Origin: an uncultured Erysipelotrichaceae bacterium
GTDB taxonomy: Bacteria; Bacillota_I; Bacilli_A; Erysipelotrichales; Erysipelotrichaceae
Reading direction: 5' to 3'
Assembly: GCA_964401865.1 (NCBI GenBank)
Contig: CAYNZZ010000002.1
Span: 86,333-118,332, forward strand
DNA length: 32,000 nucleotides
Shown piece by piece: positions 17,027 to 26,365 of the stretch (position 1 is the first letter of the stretch; each line of letters starts with the position of its first letter). Position numbers and translations under genes: made by a program. Under the pieces are notes generated by a model, which was not told the origin of the DNA, made no database searches, and saw only the letters and a program-made list of their open reading frames with translations.

Positions 17027-18822
17027 TGTCTAGATTAAAATTTATAAATGAACATTTTAATAATCTTAAATTACGTTTTATTTTAAGCATAGTAGCTTCT
17101 ATTTTGTATTCGGTTCTAGCTTTACTTGCTAGTTTAGTATTCAGCTTTATCATTGATAATTTAATAAATGGATTGCCTATAAGCAATTCCTTTTTGTTGT
17201 TTTTTTCTAATGTTTTAGGGGGAGTTGAATATCTAAGAAACAATCTATGGCTAGTTGCAATCGCATTAATTGTAATGTATTGTATTAACTCGCTGTTGAT
17301 GTTTTACCGCTACAATTCACAAGCAATTATATCTGAAACATTGGCCAAGAACATTCGTGATGATTTATATGACCATATTCAAAAACTGCCATATTCTTAT
17401 CATGTTTCAGCAAAAACTGGCGATTTGGTGCAAAGATGTACTTCTGATGTCGATACGATTAGAAGATTTTTTTCTGGTCAATGCATTGAAATAATCGTCA
17501 TTATGGCATCAAGTTTATCGGCGTTGATAATACTATTCTCTATTAATATTAAGCTCGCCTTAATTGCAAGCGTTTCTTTACCAATTATATTTATCTACAG
17601 TTATGTATTTTTTTCAAAAGTAAGAGTTCAATTTGCACTCTCTGATGAGACCGAAGCCGTTATGACCAACAAGATTCAAGAATCTTTAAGTGGTGTTAGA
17701 GTTATAAAAGCGTTTCATCGAGAAAAGTATGAGCTTGATAATTTTTTAAAGATATCTAAAGATTATGAAAAGGTGACATATAAGATGATTTCCTATCTAG
17801 GTATGTATTGGGCATCAAGTTACTTTGTTTGCTTTTTGGGTATCTTGTCGGTAATAGTTTTTGGTGTTTTTGCAGTACAAAATGGCGAATTAACAGTTGG
17901 AAATTTTACGGTTTTTGTAACATACCAGTCAACAATTTTATTTCAACTTCGTCAATTAGGTAGAATTTTAAGCGACTTTGGACGTTTGACAGTTTCTATT
18001 GATCGTTTAGAGGAAATAAAAAAAGTTGAACCGGAAGATATTGAAACAGGTTTATATAGTGAACTTGACGGCGACATTGTTTTCAATGATGTTTCTTTTA
18101 GCTATGATGACGATAAAGATACGCCGGTTTTAAAAAATATCAATTTAAAAATTAAAAAAGGTGATACCGTGGCAATCATCGGTCCAACAGGTTCTGGTAA
18201 GTCAACCATGATTCAACTTTTAGATCGTTTATATGAACCTAAAAAGGGCTATATTACGATTAATAATATCGATATTTCTAAGGTAGCAAAAAAACACTTG
18301 CGAAAAAATATCGGTATGGTCTTGCAGGAACCATTTCTATTTTCTAAGTCTATTTATGATAATTTAAGTATCTCTAATCCAAATGTTGATGTATCCAGAA
18401 TTGAAAGGGCAACTAAAATCGCTTCTGTTCATGATGCGATAACCAGTTTTGAAAATGGATACGAGACGATAGTTGGTGAAAAGGGTATTACACTATCAGG
18501 TGGGCAAAAACAACGTATCGCCATTGCTAGAACGTTAATCAACGATTCAAAAATCCTGGTATTTGATGATTCTTTAAGTGCGGTAGATACAGAAACAGAT
18601 GCCAATATTAGAAAATCGTTAAAATCTTTAAAAAATGATTCTACTATGATCATCATAACTCAACGTGTTATGACAGCTAAAGATGCTGATTACATCATTG
18701 TTTTAGAGGATGGTGAAATAAGCGAAATCGGTAAACATGAAGATCTAATCAAAAAAGATGGTTTTTATTCGCGAATCAATGAAATACAAAATACCACAAA
18801 GGAGGAAACTGTAAATGTCTAA
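17026..18822 (+). CDS. ABC exporter half-transporter (TMD-NBD), subunit 1 of a heterodimer; contributes the non-canonical Walker B and switch residues
   Basis: It has a six-TM type I exporter domain followed by Walker A GPTGSGKST (18181-18207) and LSGGQ (18493-18507). Walker B reads ILVFDD-S, with Asp (18568-18570) in place of the catalytic Glu. The switch residue is Gln (18661-18663) instead of His. Confidence 0.9.
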   Translation: MSRLKFINEHFNNLKLRFILSIVASILYSVLALLASLVFSFIIDNLINGLPISNSFLLFFSNVLGGVEYLRNNLWLVAIALIVMYCINSLLMFYRYNSQAIISETLAKNIRDDLYDHIQKLPYSYHVSAKTGDLVQRCTSDVDTIRRFFSGQCIEIIVIMASSLSALIILFSINIKLALIASVSLPIIFIYSYVFFSKVRVQFALSDETEAVMTNKIQESLSGVRVIKAFHREKYELDNFLKISKDYEKVTYKMISYLGMYWASSYFVCFLGILSVIVFGVFAVQNGELTVGNFTVFVTYQSTILFQLRQLGRILSDFGRLTVSIDRLEEIKKVEPEDIETGLYSELDGDIVFNDVSFSYDDDKDTPVLKNINLKIKKGDTVAIIGPTGSGKSTMIQLLDRLYEPKKGYITINNIDISKVAKKHLRKNIGMVLQEPFLFSKSIYDNLSISNPNVDVSRIERATKIASVHDAITSFENGYETIVGEKGITLSGGQKQRIAIARTLINDSKILVFDDSLSAVDTETDANIRKSLKSLKNDSTMIIITQRVMTAKDADYIIVLEDGEISEIGKHEDLIKKDGFYSRINEIQNTTKEETVNV

Positions 18823-20653
18823 TAAATTTGAAGAAAAAGACTTTTCTGAAAATGGAATTAATCTTTCAATGTGGAAAAAACTTTTTGGCTTATTTAAGCC
18901 GTATATGAAATACATCTATATTTTGATTATCCTAAATACTTTTATCGCTTTAAGCGATACAATTTTTCCGGTACTAAATAAGATTAGCATTGATCAGTTT
19001 ACTAGCAAAAATTATAATGCCCATAACTTTGTGATGTTTGTTATAGGTTATTTCTTATTACTATTAATTACAGCATTTGCCCACTTATTTTACTTTAGAA
19101 TTGCCGGTAAAGCAGAAATGGGATTTGGATATCATTTAAGAGAAAAATGTTTTATGAAGTTGCAGTCGTTATCATTCAACTATTACGATGTAACGCCGAT
19201 TGGTTGGTTAATGGCTAGAATGACATCAGATATCGCAAGACTTGCAGAAATCATTTCATGGTCATTCGCTGAATTTGCATGGGGGATACCGCTAATGATT
19301 TTCTCTACAGTTGTCATGTTTAGAGCTAATGTGACATTGGCTCTACTTGTACTGATTGTAGTTCCAATCATTGCCGTTTTAACTGCGTATTTCCAAAAGA
19401 GAATTTTGAAAGAATATCGTGAAGTTAAAAAGTCAAATTCAATTATCACTAACTATTTCAACGAAGGAATAAATGGCGCTAAAACTACAAAAACATTAGT
19501 GCTTGAAGAATACAACTTTAAGGAATTTGAACACGAGAGCAAAAACATGCGTAAAGTATCCATAAAAGCCGCTAAACTTAGTGGAATATTCAGACCTTTG
19601 ACTAAGTTTGTTTCTTCCTTTGCAATGGCCTTTGTTTTATGGATAGGTGGACAGATGGTATTTGAAAAGACGATTGGTTTTGGAACTTTAATGATGTTTA
19701 CTCAATATGCTCAACAATTCTTTGAACCGATAAATAGCTTAGCTGTACTAATACAGGATATTCAAATGGCACAAGCTAGTGGAGAAAGAATTGTTCACTT
19801 ATTAAGCGAAGAACCGACCGTTGTTGACAGAGATGATGTAATTGAGAAATACGGTGACATATTTGAACCGAAAAAAGAGAATTTTGAAGAAATCATTGGT
19901 GATATAGAATTTAGCAATGTAGATTTTCATTACATCGAAGATGAGCCGATACTTAAAAATTTTAATCTAAAAGTTAAACACGGGCAGACAATCGCCTTAG
20001 TTGGTGAAACAGGAAGTGGTAAAAGTACGATTATCAATTTATTGTGCCGATTCTATGAGCCGACAAACGGAACAATTTTAGTGGACGGTGTAGATTATCG
20101 AGAAAGATCGCTTGGATGGTTACACTCTAATTTAGGATATATATTACAAGCTCCTCATTTATTTTCAGGGAGTATTATGGATAACATTCGTTTTGGCAAT
20201 TTAAATGCTAGTGATGAAGAAGTTATTGAAGCTGCTAAAATTGTTAATGCTCATGAATTCATCATTAATTTTAAAGATGGATATAAAACCGATGTAGGCG
20301 AGGGTGGTTCAAGACTTTCGACTGGTCAAAAACAACTTATCTGTTTTGCGAGAGCCATTTTGTCTAATCCTAAAATATTCGTTTTAGATGAAGCGACAGC
20401 ATCAATTGATACAGAGACCGAAAAAATCATTCAGTTTGCAATTGAAAATATTATGAAAAACAGAACATCTTTTGTGGTTGCTCATCGTTTGTCAACTATC
20501 GTTAATGCTGACCGAATATTAGTTATTAAGCAGGGCGAAATAATTGAAGATGGCACACATCAACAATTGATGGAGGCAAAGAAGTATTATTACAAGTTAT
20601 ATACTAATCAATTTAAGGAAGATTTAGAAAAACAATTACTTAATAAGGCTTAA
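18815..20653 (+). CDS. ABC exporter half-transporter (TMD-NBD), subunit 2 of the heterodimer
   Basis: Walker A GETGSGKST (20003-20029), the signature LSTGQ (20315-20329, a deviant of LSGGQ), the canonical Walker B FVLDEAT (Glu at 20390-20392) and the switch His (20483-20485) are present. It overlaps subunit 1 by 8 nt. Confidence 0.9.
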   Translation: MSNKFEEKDFSENGINLSMWKKLFGLFKPYMKYIYILIILNTFIALSDTIFPVLNKISIDQFTSKNYNAHNFVMFVIGYFLLLLITAFAHLFYFRIAGKAEMGFGYHLREKCFMKLQSLSFNYYDVTPIGWLMARMTSDIARLAEIISWSFAEFAWGIPLMIFSTVVMFRANVTLALLVLIVVPIIAVLTAYFQKRILKEYREVKKSNSIITNYFNEGINGAKTTKTLVLEEYNFKEFEHESKNMRKVSIKAAKLSGIFRPLTKFVSSFAMAFVLWIGGQMVFEKTIGFGTLMMFTQYAQQFFEPINSLAVLIQDIQMAQASGERIVHLLSEEPTVVDRDDVIEKYGDIFEPKKENFEEIIGDIEFSNVDFHYIEDEPILKNFNLKVKHGQTIALVGETGSGKSTIINLLCRFYEPTNGTILVDGVDYRERSLGWLHSNLGYILQAPHLFSGSIMDNIRFGNLNASDEEVIEAAKIVNAHEFIINFKDGYKTDVGEGGSRLSTGQKQLICFARAILSNPKIFVLDEATASIDTETEKIIQFAIENIMKNRTSFVVAHRLSTIVNADRILVIKQGEIIEDGTHQQLMEAKKYYYKLYTNQFKEDLEKQLLNKA

Positions 20654-20677
20654 GTATTAGGTTAAGAAATCATTATA

Positions 20678-20686
20678 TGGTAGAAT
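20678..20686 (+). promoter_or_regulatory. Extended -10 (TGGTAGAAT) with the lspA ATG exactly 7 nt after its last T
   Basis: TGgTAGAAT-AAATTT-ATG, with no SD upstream of lspA. Confidence 0.45.
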
Positions 20687-20692
20687 AAATTT

Positions 20693-21166
20693 ATGAAAAA
20701 AATTAAATATCTTTTTATTGTGTTATTAGCTGTTGTCTTGGATCAATTGTCCAAACATTGGATTGTTTCAAACTTTGATTTATTTGAAAGTCATGTGATT
20801 ATCGACAATTTTTTATCTATTACTTATGTTCGCAATACTGGAGCAGGTTTTAGTATTTTAGAAGGAAAGATGCTCTTCTTTTATGTAATCACAATTATTT
20901 CTATGGTTGTATTGGGTTATTTGTTTGTCAAATCTGACGAAAAAGATTATTTGCAAAGAATATCTATTTCGATGATTGTCGGGGGAGCTCTAGGTAATTT
21001 CATCGATCGTTTATTAATGGGCTATGTAGTTGATTTTATTTCAGTTTTAATATTTGGATATAACTTCCCAGTATTTAATATCGCTGATTCTTTTTTAACT
21101 ATCGGTGCAATTTTATTTGTGTTAAGTATTTTAAAGGAAGAAAGATATGGAAAAACTCGAATTTAG
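20693..21166 (+). CDS. lspA: Lipoprotein signal peptidase (signal peptidase II)
   Basis: It has four TM segments and the motifs DQxSK, NTGAGFS, GGALGNxxDR and FNIAD. The length is 157 aa. Confidence 0.9.
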   Translation: MKKIKYLFIVLLAVVLDQLSKHWIVSNFDLFESHVIIDNFLSITYVRNTGAGFSILEGKMLFFYVITIISMVVLGYLFVKSDEKDYLQRISISMIVGGALGNFIDRLLMGYVVDFISVLIFGYNFPVFNIADSFLTIGAILFVLSILKEERYGKTRI

Positions 21167-22058
21167 TGTAGATGAGAACGGTGTAGGAATAAGACTTGAT
21201 GTCTTCTTATCGAATAATAGTGATATATCTAGAAGTAAAGTACAAAAGCTAATAAGTGATGGCAATATATTAGTAAATGGAAATGTAGAAAAAGCTAATT
21301 ATAAATTGGTTTTATCCGATTATATAACTCTTAACTATCAAGTCGATATAATCGAAGATATAAAACCCATTAAGATGGATTTGGATATTGTTTATGAAGA
21401 TGATGATGTTATTGTTATCAACAAGCCCAAGGGTTTGGTAGTGCATCCGGGAAGTGGAAATTTTGATCATACTCTTGTGCATGGACTTTTATATCATTGT
21501 AAAACATTGAGTAATCCTGATGATTCTTTAAGACCTGGTATTGTACATCGAATCGATAAAGATACATCAGGACTTTTAGCTTGTGCAAAAAATGATTATG
21601 CGCACGCATTTTTGAGTGAGCAGTTAAAAGATAAAACTTTTTATCGAAAGTATTATGCCATCGTAAATGGAGTGCTTGAACACGATGAAGGTGAGATTGA
21701 TGCACCAATTGGACGAGATCCTAAAAATAGGCAAAATATGACCGTTACTTCGATTAACTCTAAACCTGCCATTAGTATCTTTAAAGTTCTAAAGCGTTTT
21801 AATGATTCGACACTAGTTGAAGTACAGCTTAAAACAGGAAGAACTCATCAGATTAGAGTTCATATGAAATATATTAATCATCCTGTTTTTAATGATCCAA
21901 AATACTCAAGGAAAACAATTGATGATAGCGGTCAATACCTTCATGCTTATCTTCTGAGTTTTGTTCATCCCAAAACTCTAGAAAGAATGACTTTCAGCAC
22001 ACCGATGCCAAAATATATGGAGGATTATATTAAATTGAAAGAAGGAAAGAATGAATAA
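21147..22058 (+). CDS. rluD: RluA-family 23S rRNA pseudouridine synthase (RluD type)
   Basis: An N-terminal S4 domain, the catalytic HRIDKDTSGLL motif and GRTHQIRVH are present. The lspA-rluD pairing is conserved in Bacillota. Confidence 0.9.
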   Translation: MEKLEFSVDENGVGIRLDVFLSNNSDISRSKVQKLISDGNILVNGNVEKANYKLVLSDYITLNYQVDIIEDIKPIKMDLDIVYEDDDVIVINKPKGLVVHPGSGNFDHTLVHGLLYHCKTLSNPDDSLRPGIVHRIDKDTSGLLACAKNDYAHAFLSEQLKDKTFYRKYYAIVNGVLEHDEGEIDAPIGRDPKNRQNMTVTSINSKPAISIFKVLKRFNDSTLVEVQLKTGRTHQIRVHMKYINHPVFNDPKYSRKTIDDSGQYLHAYLLSFVHPKTLERMTFSTPMPKYMEDYIKLKEGKNE

Positions 22059-23265
22059 CATATATAAAATTACACAATTATTGCATTTCTTTGTAACTAA
22101 ATTCAGTTATAAAACAGTTATGATGCAAGATAACATTGATAAGGAACTGTGGCTTGTTAATCCTGATAATAAAACCTATTCTATCATAAGAGTTACAGTC
22201 AATTCTATTGAACAGGTTATATATGAAAAAAGTAGAATTGACGATATTATTTTTACATTAAAAAAACAGTTACGCATGCCTGATGCAAAATTTTTAGATA
22301 TACATATTGGAAAAGACTATGTTCTAGAAAATGAAGCATATGACAGTGTTGCGATTGATGACAACTATTATGATGGTGTTGATATCTCATATGCTTACCC
22401 AGGAATAAAATCGGCAGTTCACAATTCAGATAATCCAAATGCTGAAACACATTTCTTGTTAGAAGATATCAATCAAACTATCATAACTAAGAAGAAGCAA
22501 AACAAGCAATTAAGAAAGATTCCGATGATTGTGACATATGTAACTATGGCTTTGTGTTTAATCAATTTCTTATTAGTTAGTCTTTTGAGCATCAATCACG
22601 ACAACTTATCATCATTAATATTTATGGGTGCTGATTACAAAATGTTTACATTAGGTATTGGACAATTTTGGCGTTTGATAACTTATGGATTTGTTCACGG
22701 AAGTTTTTTGCACTTATTCATGAATATGTACAGCTTATTCGTATTAGGCAACTACTTAGAGAGGCAAATCGGTTCTTTAAAATATGGAATTGTGCTTTAT
22801 GTCTCGGTTTTATGTGGTGCTCTATTAAATGGTGCTTTAAGCCAAAATTCAATTATCGTCGGCTTGAGTGGTGGATTATATGGATTAATGGCAATGTATT
22901 TTTTAATAGGTTATAAAAATCACTATCTAAATTCAAGAGATGTTCTATTCATTTTGTTCATTAATTTAATGATTAATTTTGGAGCTAATGTTGGTGTATA
23001 TGGGCATATAGGTGGTTTTGTAGCAGGATTCATTATGTATCTTATAATGTTTGACAACAAATCTAGACGCTATTTAGGCATCGCAACATTAGCTTTATAT
23101 ATCACACTTATCGGTTATAAATACATTTCAAATCAGCCTATTGAGCCAATTTATGCCGGAACCGATATGAGTGTAGTAGGGATATATGATGATTTAGGTT
23201 TTCATAAAACTAGTGAAAGATTAGCAAATAAGCTCATTAATAAATATTATGAGGTTTATAAGTAA
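22051..23265 (+). CDS. Rhomboid intramembrane serine protease with a GluP/YqgP-like N-terminal cytoplasmic domain
   Basis: WRLITYGFVHGSFLHLFMNM (H..HxxxN), the catalytic GLSGGLYG and HIGGFVAG are present. The N-terminal segment of about 170 aa (..KELWLVNPDNKTYSIIRV..) resembles the YqgP N-domain. Confidence 0.85.
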   Translation: MNNIYKITQLLHFFVTKFSYKTVMMQDNIDKELWLVNPDNKTYSIIRVTVNSIEQVIYEKSRIDDIIFTLKKQLRMPDAKFLDIHIGKDYVLENEAYDSVAIDDNYYDGVDISYAYPGIKSAVHNSDNPNAETHFLLEDINQTIITKKKQNKQLRKIPMIVTYVTMALCLINFLLVSLLSINHDNLSSLIFMGADYKMFTLGIGQFWRLITYGFVHGSFLHLFMNMYSLFVLGNYLERQIGSLKYGIVLYVSVLCGALLNGALSQNSIIVGLSGGLYGLMAMYFLIGYKNHYLNSRDVLFILFINLMINFGANVGVYGHIGGFVAGFIMYLIMFDNKSRRYLGIATLALYITLIGYKYISNQPIEPIYAGTDMSVVGIYDDLGFHKTSERLANKLINKYYEVYK

Positions 23266-23268
23266 TCG

Positions 23269-24405
23269 ATGAAGAGAATAGTTTGGTTAGTTCAACAAAC
23301 CGAAAGAGTTGGCGGAACAGAGATGGTATCAATCAACTTGCTGAGGGGATTGAGACAATATTGTGGTTATGAAACGTCTTTAATTTCAGTCGCATCAAAA
23401 CCCGAAAAATCTTTTTTTAATATAGATGATTTAAATATTTTATATTTAGATGTACCGATGGAAGTGGTAAGATTTGATGAGTTTTTGAATAAATATTTTC
23501 TAAAAAAACAGTATTTAAAAGCTATTTCTTTGATATTTAAGACAATATATCATTTTATTATAAAAAAAAGATTCTATCGTAAGAAAATTCAATCATTAAC
23601 AAATAAAGATGATATCGTTATTGCTTCTAGTTTAGATTCATATTTATTCGCACCTAAAAAAAGAAATGTGTATTTTCATTTCCATTTTGATAGTAAAGAT
23701 TATTTAGATCCTTTTTTTCAGCTAATGATGAAAATGTGTATAAATCCACAACATGTTGTTTTTTTAACTAATCATACACGAAATGAAGTTATAAAGAAAA
23801 AACCTTCTTTAGCAAAAAAAAGTGTTTTTATATATAATCCTAGCAGATACAAAAGTGAGTATATTAAAGCTCACAAAAAATTAAATTTTATATTTGTTGG
23901 AAGGTTAGAGAAACAGAAGAATCCTGAATTATTAATTGAAGTTGCAAAAAAAATAAAAGATAGTGGATTTTTGTTTCATTTAGACATTTGTGGCGATGGC
24001 TCAAAGAGAGAAACGGTTGCGCAGATGATTAAAAATTACGATTTACAAGATGAAGTGACAATGAATGGAATGGTTAGCAATATCGAAGATTATTATCGAA
24101 AATCCGATGGTCAAATCGTTACTTCAATCACTGAAGGTTATGCATTAAGTATCGTTGAAGCTAATTGTTTTTCGCTTTTTAGTATATCAACTAGATGTGG
24201 AGATTCAATTTATGAAGTGATAAAAGATGGCGTAAATGGAATTGTCATTGACTCCTTTGATCCTCAAACTATATCTGAAAGAATCATCAAAACATTTTCG
24301 TCAAACTACGATAATTTAAAATTGAATGCATATAATTATTCATTCAATTACAATTTGGAACAAATTGTTTATAAGTGGGATAAACTGTTTAAAAGTGGTG
24401 ATTAG
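23269..24405 (+). CDS. Glycosyltransferase family 4 (GT-B, retaining)
   Basis: The N-terminal GGTE motif, the FVGRLEKQKN motif and EX7E (EGYALSIVEA) are present. The start lies 3 nt after the rhomboid stop, so the gene is likely co-transcribed and translationally coupled. Confidence 0.8.
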   Translation: MKRIVWLVQQTERVGGTEMVSINLLRGLRQYCGYETSLISVASKPEKSFFNIDDLNILYLDVPMEVVRFDEFLNKYFLKKQYLKAISLIFKTIYHFIIKKRFYRKKIQSLTNKDDIVIASSLDSYLFAPKKRNVYFHFHFDSKDYLDPFFQLMMKMCINPQHVVFLTNHTRNEVIKKKPSLAKKSVFIYNPSRYKSEYIKAHKKLNFIFVGRLEKQKNPELLIEVAKKIKDSGFLFHLDICGDGSKRETVAQMIKNYDLQDEVTMNGMVSNIEDYYRKSDGQIVTSITEGYALSIVEANCFSLFSISTRCGDSIYEVIKDGVNGIVIDSFDPQTISERIIKTFSSNYDNLKLNAYNYSFNYNLEQIVYKWDKLFKSGD

Positions 24406-24469
24406 ACATTATGAGGATAATCAAATTAACGATTATCTTTTTATTTTAAATGTCGTATATTGTGATAAA

Positions 24470-24853
24470 ATGAATAGTATGAACAGACATGAACAGAGAA
24501 TATATTTAATGGAAATCATTTATAAGCATCGTTTATTAGAAAATGATTTATTAACTTCTTTTAGAGAAGAAATTGAAACGGATAAAGAATATGATAACTT
24601 TATTTTTGAGGTTATCGAAGATTTATCTAAAAGAGAAGATGATTATATCAAAGAAATTGATCCATTGTTGAACAAATGGTCTTTTGAACGCCTAAATAAA
24701 GTTGAACAAGCCATATTATTAATTTCTGTATCAGAATTAAAACTTGGATTGAATGACAAAGCCGTTGTAATTGACGAAGCATTAAAATTAGCTAAAAAGT
24801 ATTGTGAACCAGATAGTTATAAATACATGAATGGCGTATTAGATAATATTTAA
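24470..24853 (+). CDS. nusB: Transcription antitermination factor NusB
   Basis: Recognisable NusB sequence begins at MNSMNRHEQRIYLMEIIY and continues to ..FERLNKVEQAILLISVSEL...VIDEALKLAKKY...YMNGVLD. The longer ORF-track start at 24326 overlaps the GT gene and adds 48 non-family residues. Confidence 0.85.
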   Translation: MNSMNRHEQRIYLMEIIYKHRLLENDLLTSFREEIETDKEYDNFIFEVIEDLSKREDDYIKEIDPLLNKWSFERLNKVEQAILLISVSELKLGLNDKAVVIDEALKLAKKYCEPDSYKYMNGVLDNI

Positions 24854-24855
24854 TC

Positions 24856-26199
24856 ATGAATTTAACTGTATCAAAACTATTAAATTATCTTAAAAATAAA
24901 TTAGATACTGATAACCAATTGCAAAATATTATTGTAGCCGGCGAAATATCTAACTTTCATCATCATCAAAGTGGTCACCTATATTTTTCTTTAAAGGATG
25001 AAAAGGCGACCATTTCTTGCGTTATGTTTAGATTTGCTGCCAATACACTAAATTTTAAGCCTAAAAATGGTGATAAAGTTTTAATCAAAGCTAATACGTC
25101 AATATTTGAAGCTAGTGGGCAATTACAGTTATATGTAAGTTTAATGAAACTAGATGGTATTGGCGATTTATTTATTAAATTTGAGAAATTAAAAGCCGAA
25201 TTAAATGCCAGAGGACTTTTTGAAGAGCAACACAAAAAACCCAAACCCGACTATCCGATGAATATTGCAGTTTTAGTCGGTGACAAAAGTGCTGCTTTAT
25301 CAGATATTAAAACCAACTTTTTAAATCGTTGGCCTATGGCAAAGGTATCTTATTTTCCTGTATTAGTGCAGGGTAAAAACGCTAGTAAAGAAATAACCGA
25401 TACACTTCTAGATGTTGATAAAGAGGGTTATGATGCTATTATTCTCGCTAGAGGCGGTGGTTCATTTGAAGATTTATTTGCCTTTAATGATGAAAGTTTA
25501 GCCTATGCTATATATAATCTAAAAACATTCATTATTACTGGCATTGGACATGAACAGGATTTCACCATTGCCGATTTTGTTGCCGATCTTAGAGCACCAA
25601 CACCAACGGCAGCTGTTGTTATGCTGACACCAGATATTAAAAATGTTTTAAAAGAGCTTAATCAAAAAGAAAATCAACTGAGTATTTCTATCAGAAATAA
25701 GATAGGAATAAATAAAGACAGATTAAAGAGATTGAATAATTCAAAAGTATTTACCGTTGATAAATATCTGTTACAGGACAAGATACTGAAAATAGAGTTT
25801 TTAAAGACAAAGTTATATAATAGTGTCAAGGGTCGACAAAATCTTATCCATGACTTATCAATTATCAAACATAACCTACGTACATCTATTTCTAATAAAA
25901 TAGCCTTGAGCGAACAAAAAATAGAAATTGGCCATTTAAAATCTAAACAGTTGTTAAAACTAAAGTTTGAACAACAAAGAAGCAGGTTAAAAAGGTTGAC
26001 TACATTGCTAGAAGCGTATAGTTTTGAAAATGTGTTAAAACGTGGTTATGGTTTAATTTTAAAAGATGATAAAATTATTAGAAGAAAAAGTGATTTAATA
26101 ATCAACGAAGAATATCAATTGAAAATGTATGATGGAATAGTGTCCATCCAATATAAGGAGGATTTATCATGCCAAAAGAAAAATTCGAAGAACAAATGA
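24856..26199 (+). CDS. xseA: Exodeoxyribonuclease VII large subunit
   Basis: An N-terminal OB fold (VSKLLNYLKNKL..GEISNF..SGHLYFSLKD) and ARGGGSFEDLFAFNDE are present. The small-subunit gene follows and overlaps it. Confidence 0.9.
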   Translation: MNLTVSKLLNYLKNKLDTDNQLQNIIVAGEISNFHHHQSGHLYFSLKDEKATISCVMFRFAANTLNFKPKNGDKVLIKANTSIFEASGQLQLYVSLMKLDGIGDLFIKFEKLKAELNARGLFEEQHKKPKPDYPMNIAVLVGDKSAALSDIKTNFLNRWPMAKVSYFPVLVQGKNASKEITDTLLDVDKEGYDAIILARGGGSFEDLFAFNDESLAYAIYNLKTFIITGIGHEQDFTIADFVADLRAPTPTAAVVMLTPDIKNVLKELNQKENQLSISIRNKIGINKDRLKRLNNSKVFTVDKYLLQDKILKIEFLKTKLYNSVKGRQNLIHDLSIIKHNLRTSISNKIALSEQKIEIGHLKSKQLLKLKFEQQRSRLKRLTTLLEAYSFENVLKRGYGLILKDDKIIRRKSDLIINEEYQLKMYDGIVSIQYKEDLSCQKKNSKNK

Positions 26200-26363
26200 A
26201 AAGATTAGATGAGATTGTTAGTTTATTAGAAGGTGATAATGTAGATTTAGATGATTCAATCACCTTATATGAAGAAGGATTAAAAATATCAAAGAATTTG
26301 AGTAAGCAGTTAGAAGCTTTCGAAAAGAAACTAGAAGATATAGATTCTGAAAAAGGAGAATAA
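26169..26363 (+). CDS. xseB: Exodeoxyribonuclease VII small subunit
   Basis: The sequence FEEQMKRLDEIVSLLE...LDDSITLYEEG is present and the length is 64 aa. The SD AAGGAGG lies upstream. Confidence 0.9.
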   Translation: MPKEKFEEQMKRLDEIVSLLEGDNVDLDDSITLYEEGLKISKNLSKQLEAFEKKLEDIDSEKGE

Positions 26364-26365
26364 CT

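Noticed and set aside
23257-23271. TATAAG-N6-ATG upstream of the glycosyltransferase gene as another leaderless promoter. A similar case is TATATT at 24456-24461, 9 nt before the nusB ATG.
   Set aside because: The GT hexamer lacks the critical final T, and the gene starts 3 nt after the rhomboid stop, so translational coupling explains its missing SD. The nusB case has non-ideal spacing and a non-ideal hexamer.
23412-23953. A cluster of nine A7-A8 or T7 homopolymer tracts inside the glycosyltransferase gene, considered as slipped-strand phase-variation sites.
   Set aside because: The tracts are at most 8 nt and correspond to Lys (AAA) and Phe (TTT) codon runs. Similar tracts occur in unrelated genes here (for example 7142-7150, about 31304-31330 and 31389-31396), so composition explains them. 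Only population sequencing showing length variation would revive the idea.
24326-24469. A long N-terminal extension of the nusB ORF, starting at 24326.
   Set aside because: It overlaps the end of the glycosyltransferase gene by 80 nt and adds 48 residues with no NusB similarity. Recognisable NusB sequence begins at the Met at 24470.
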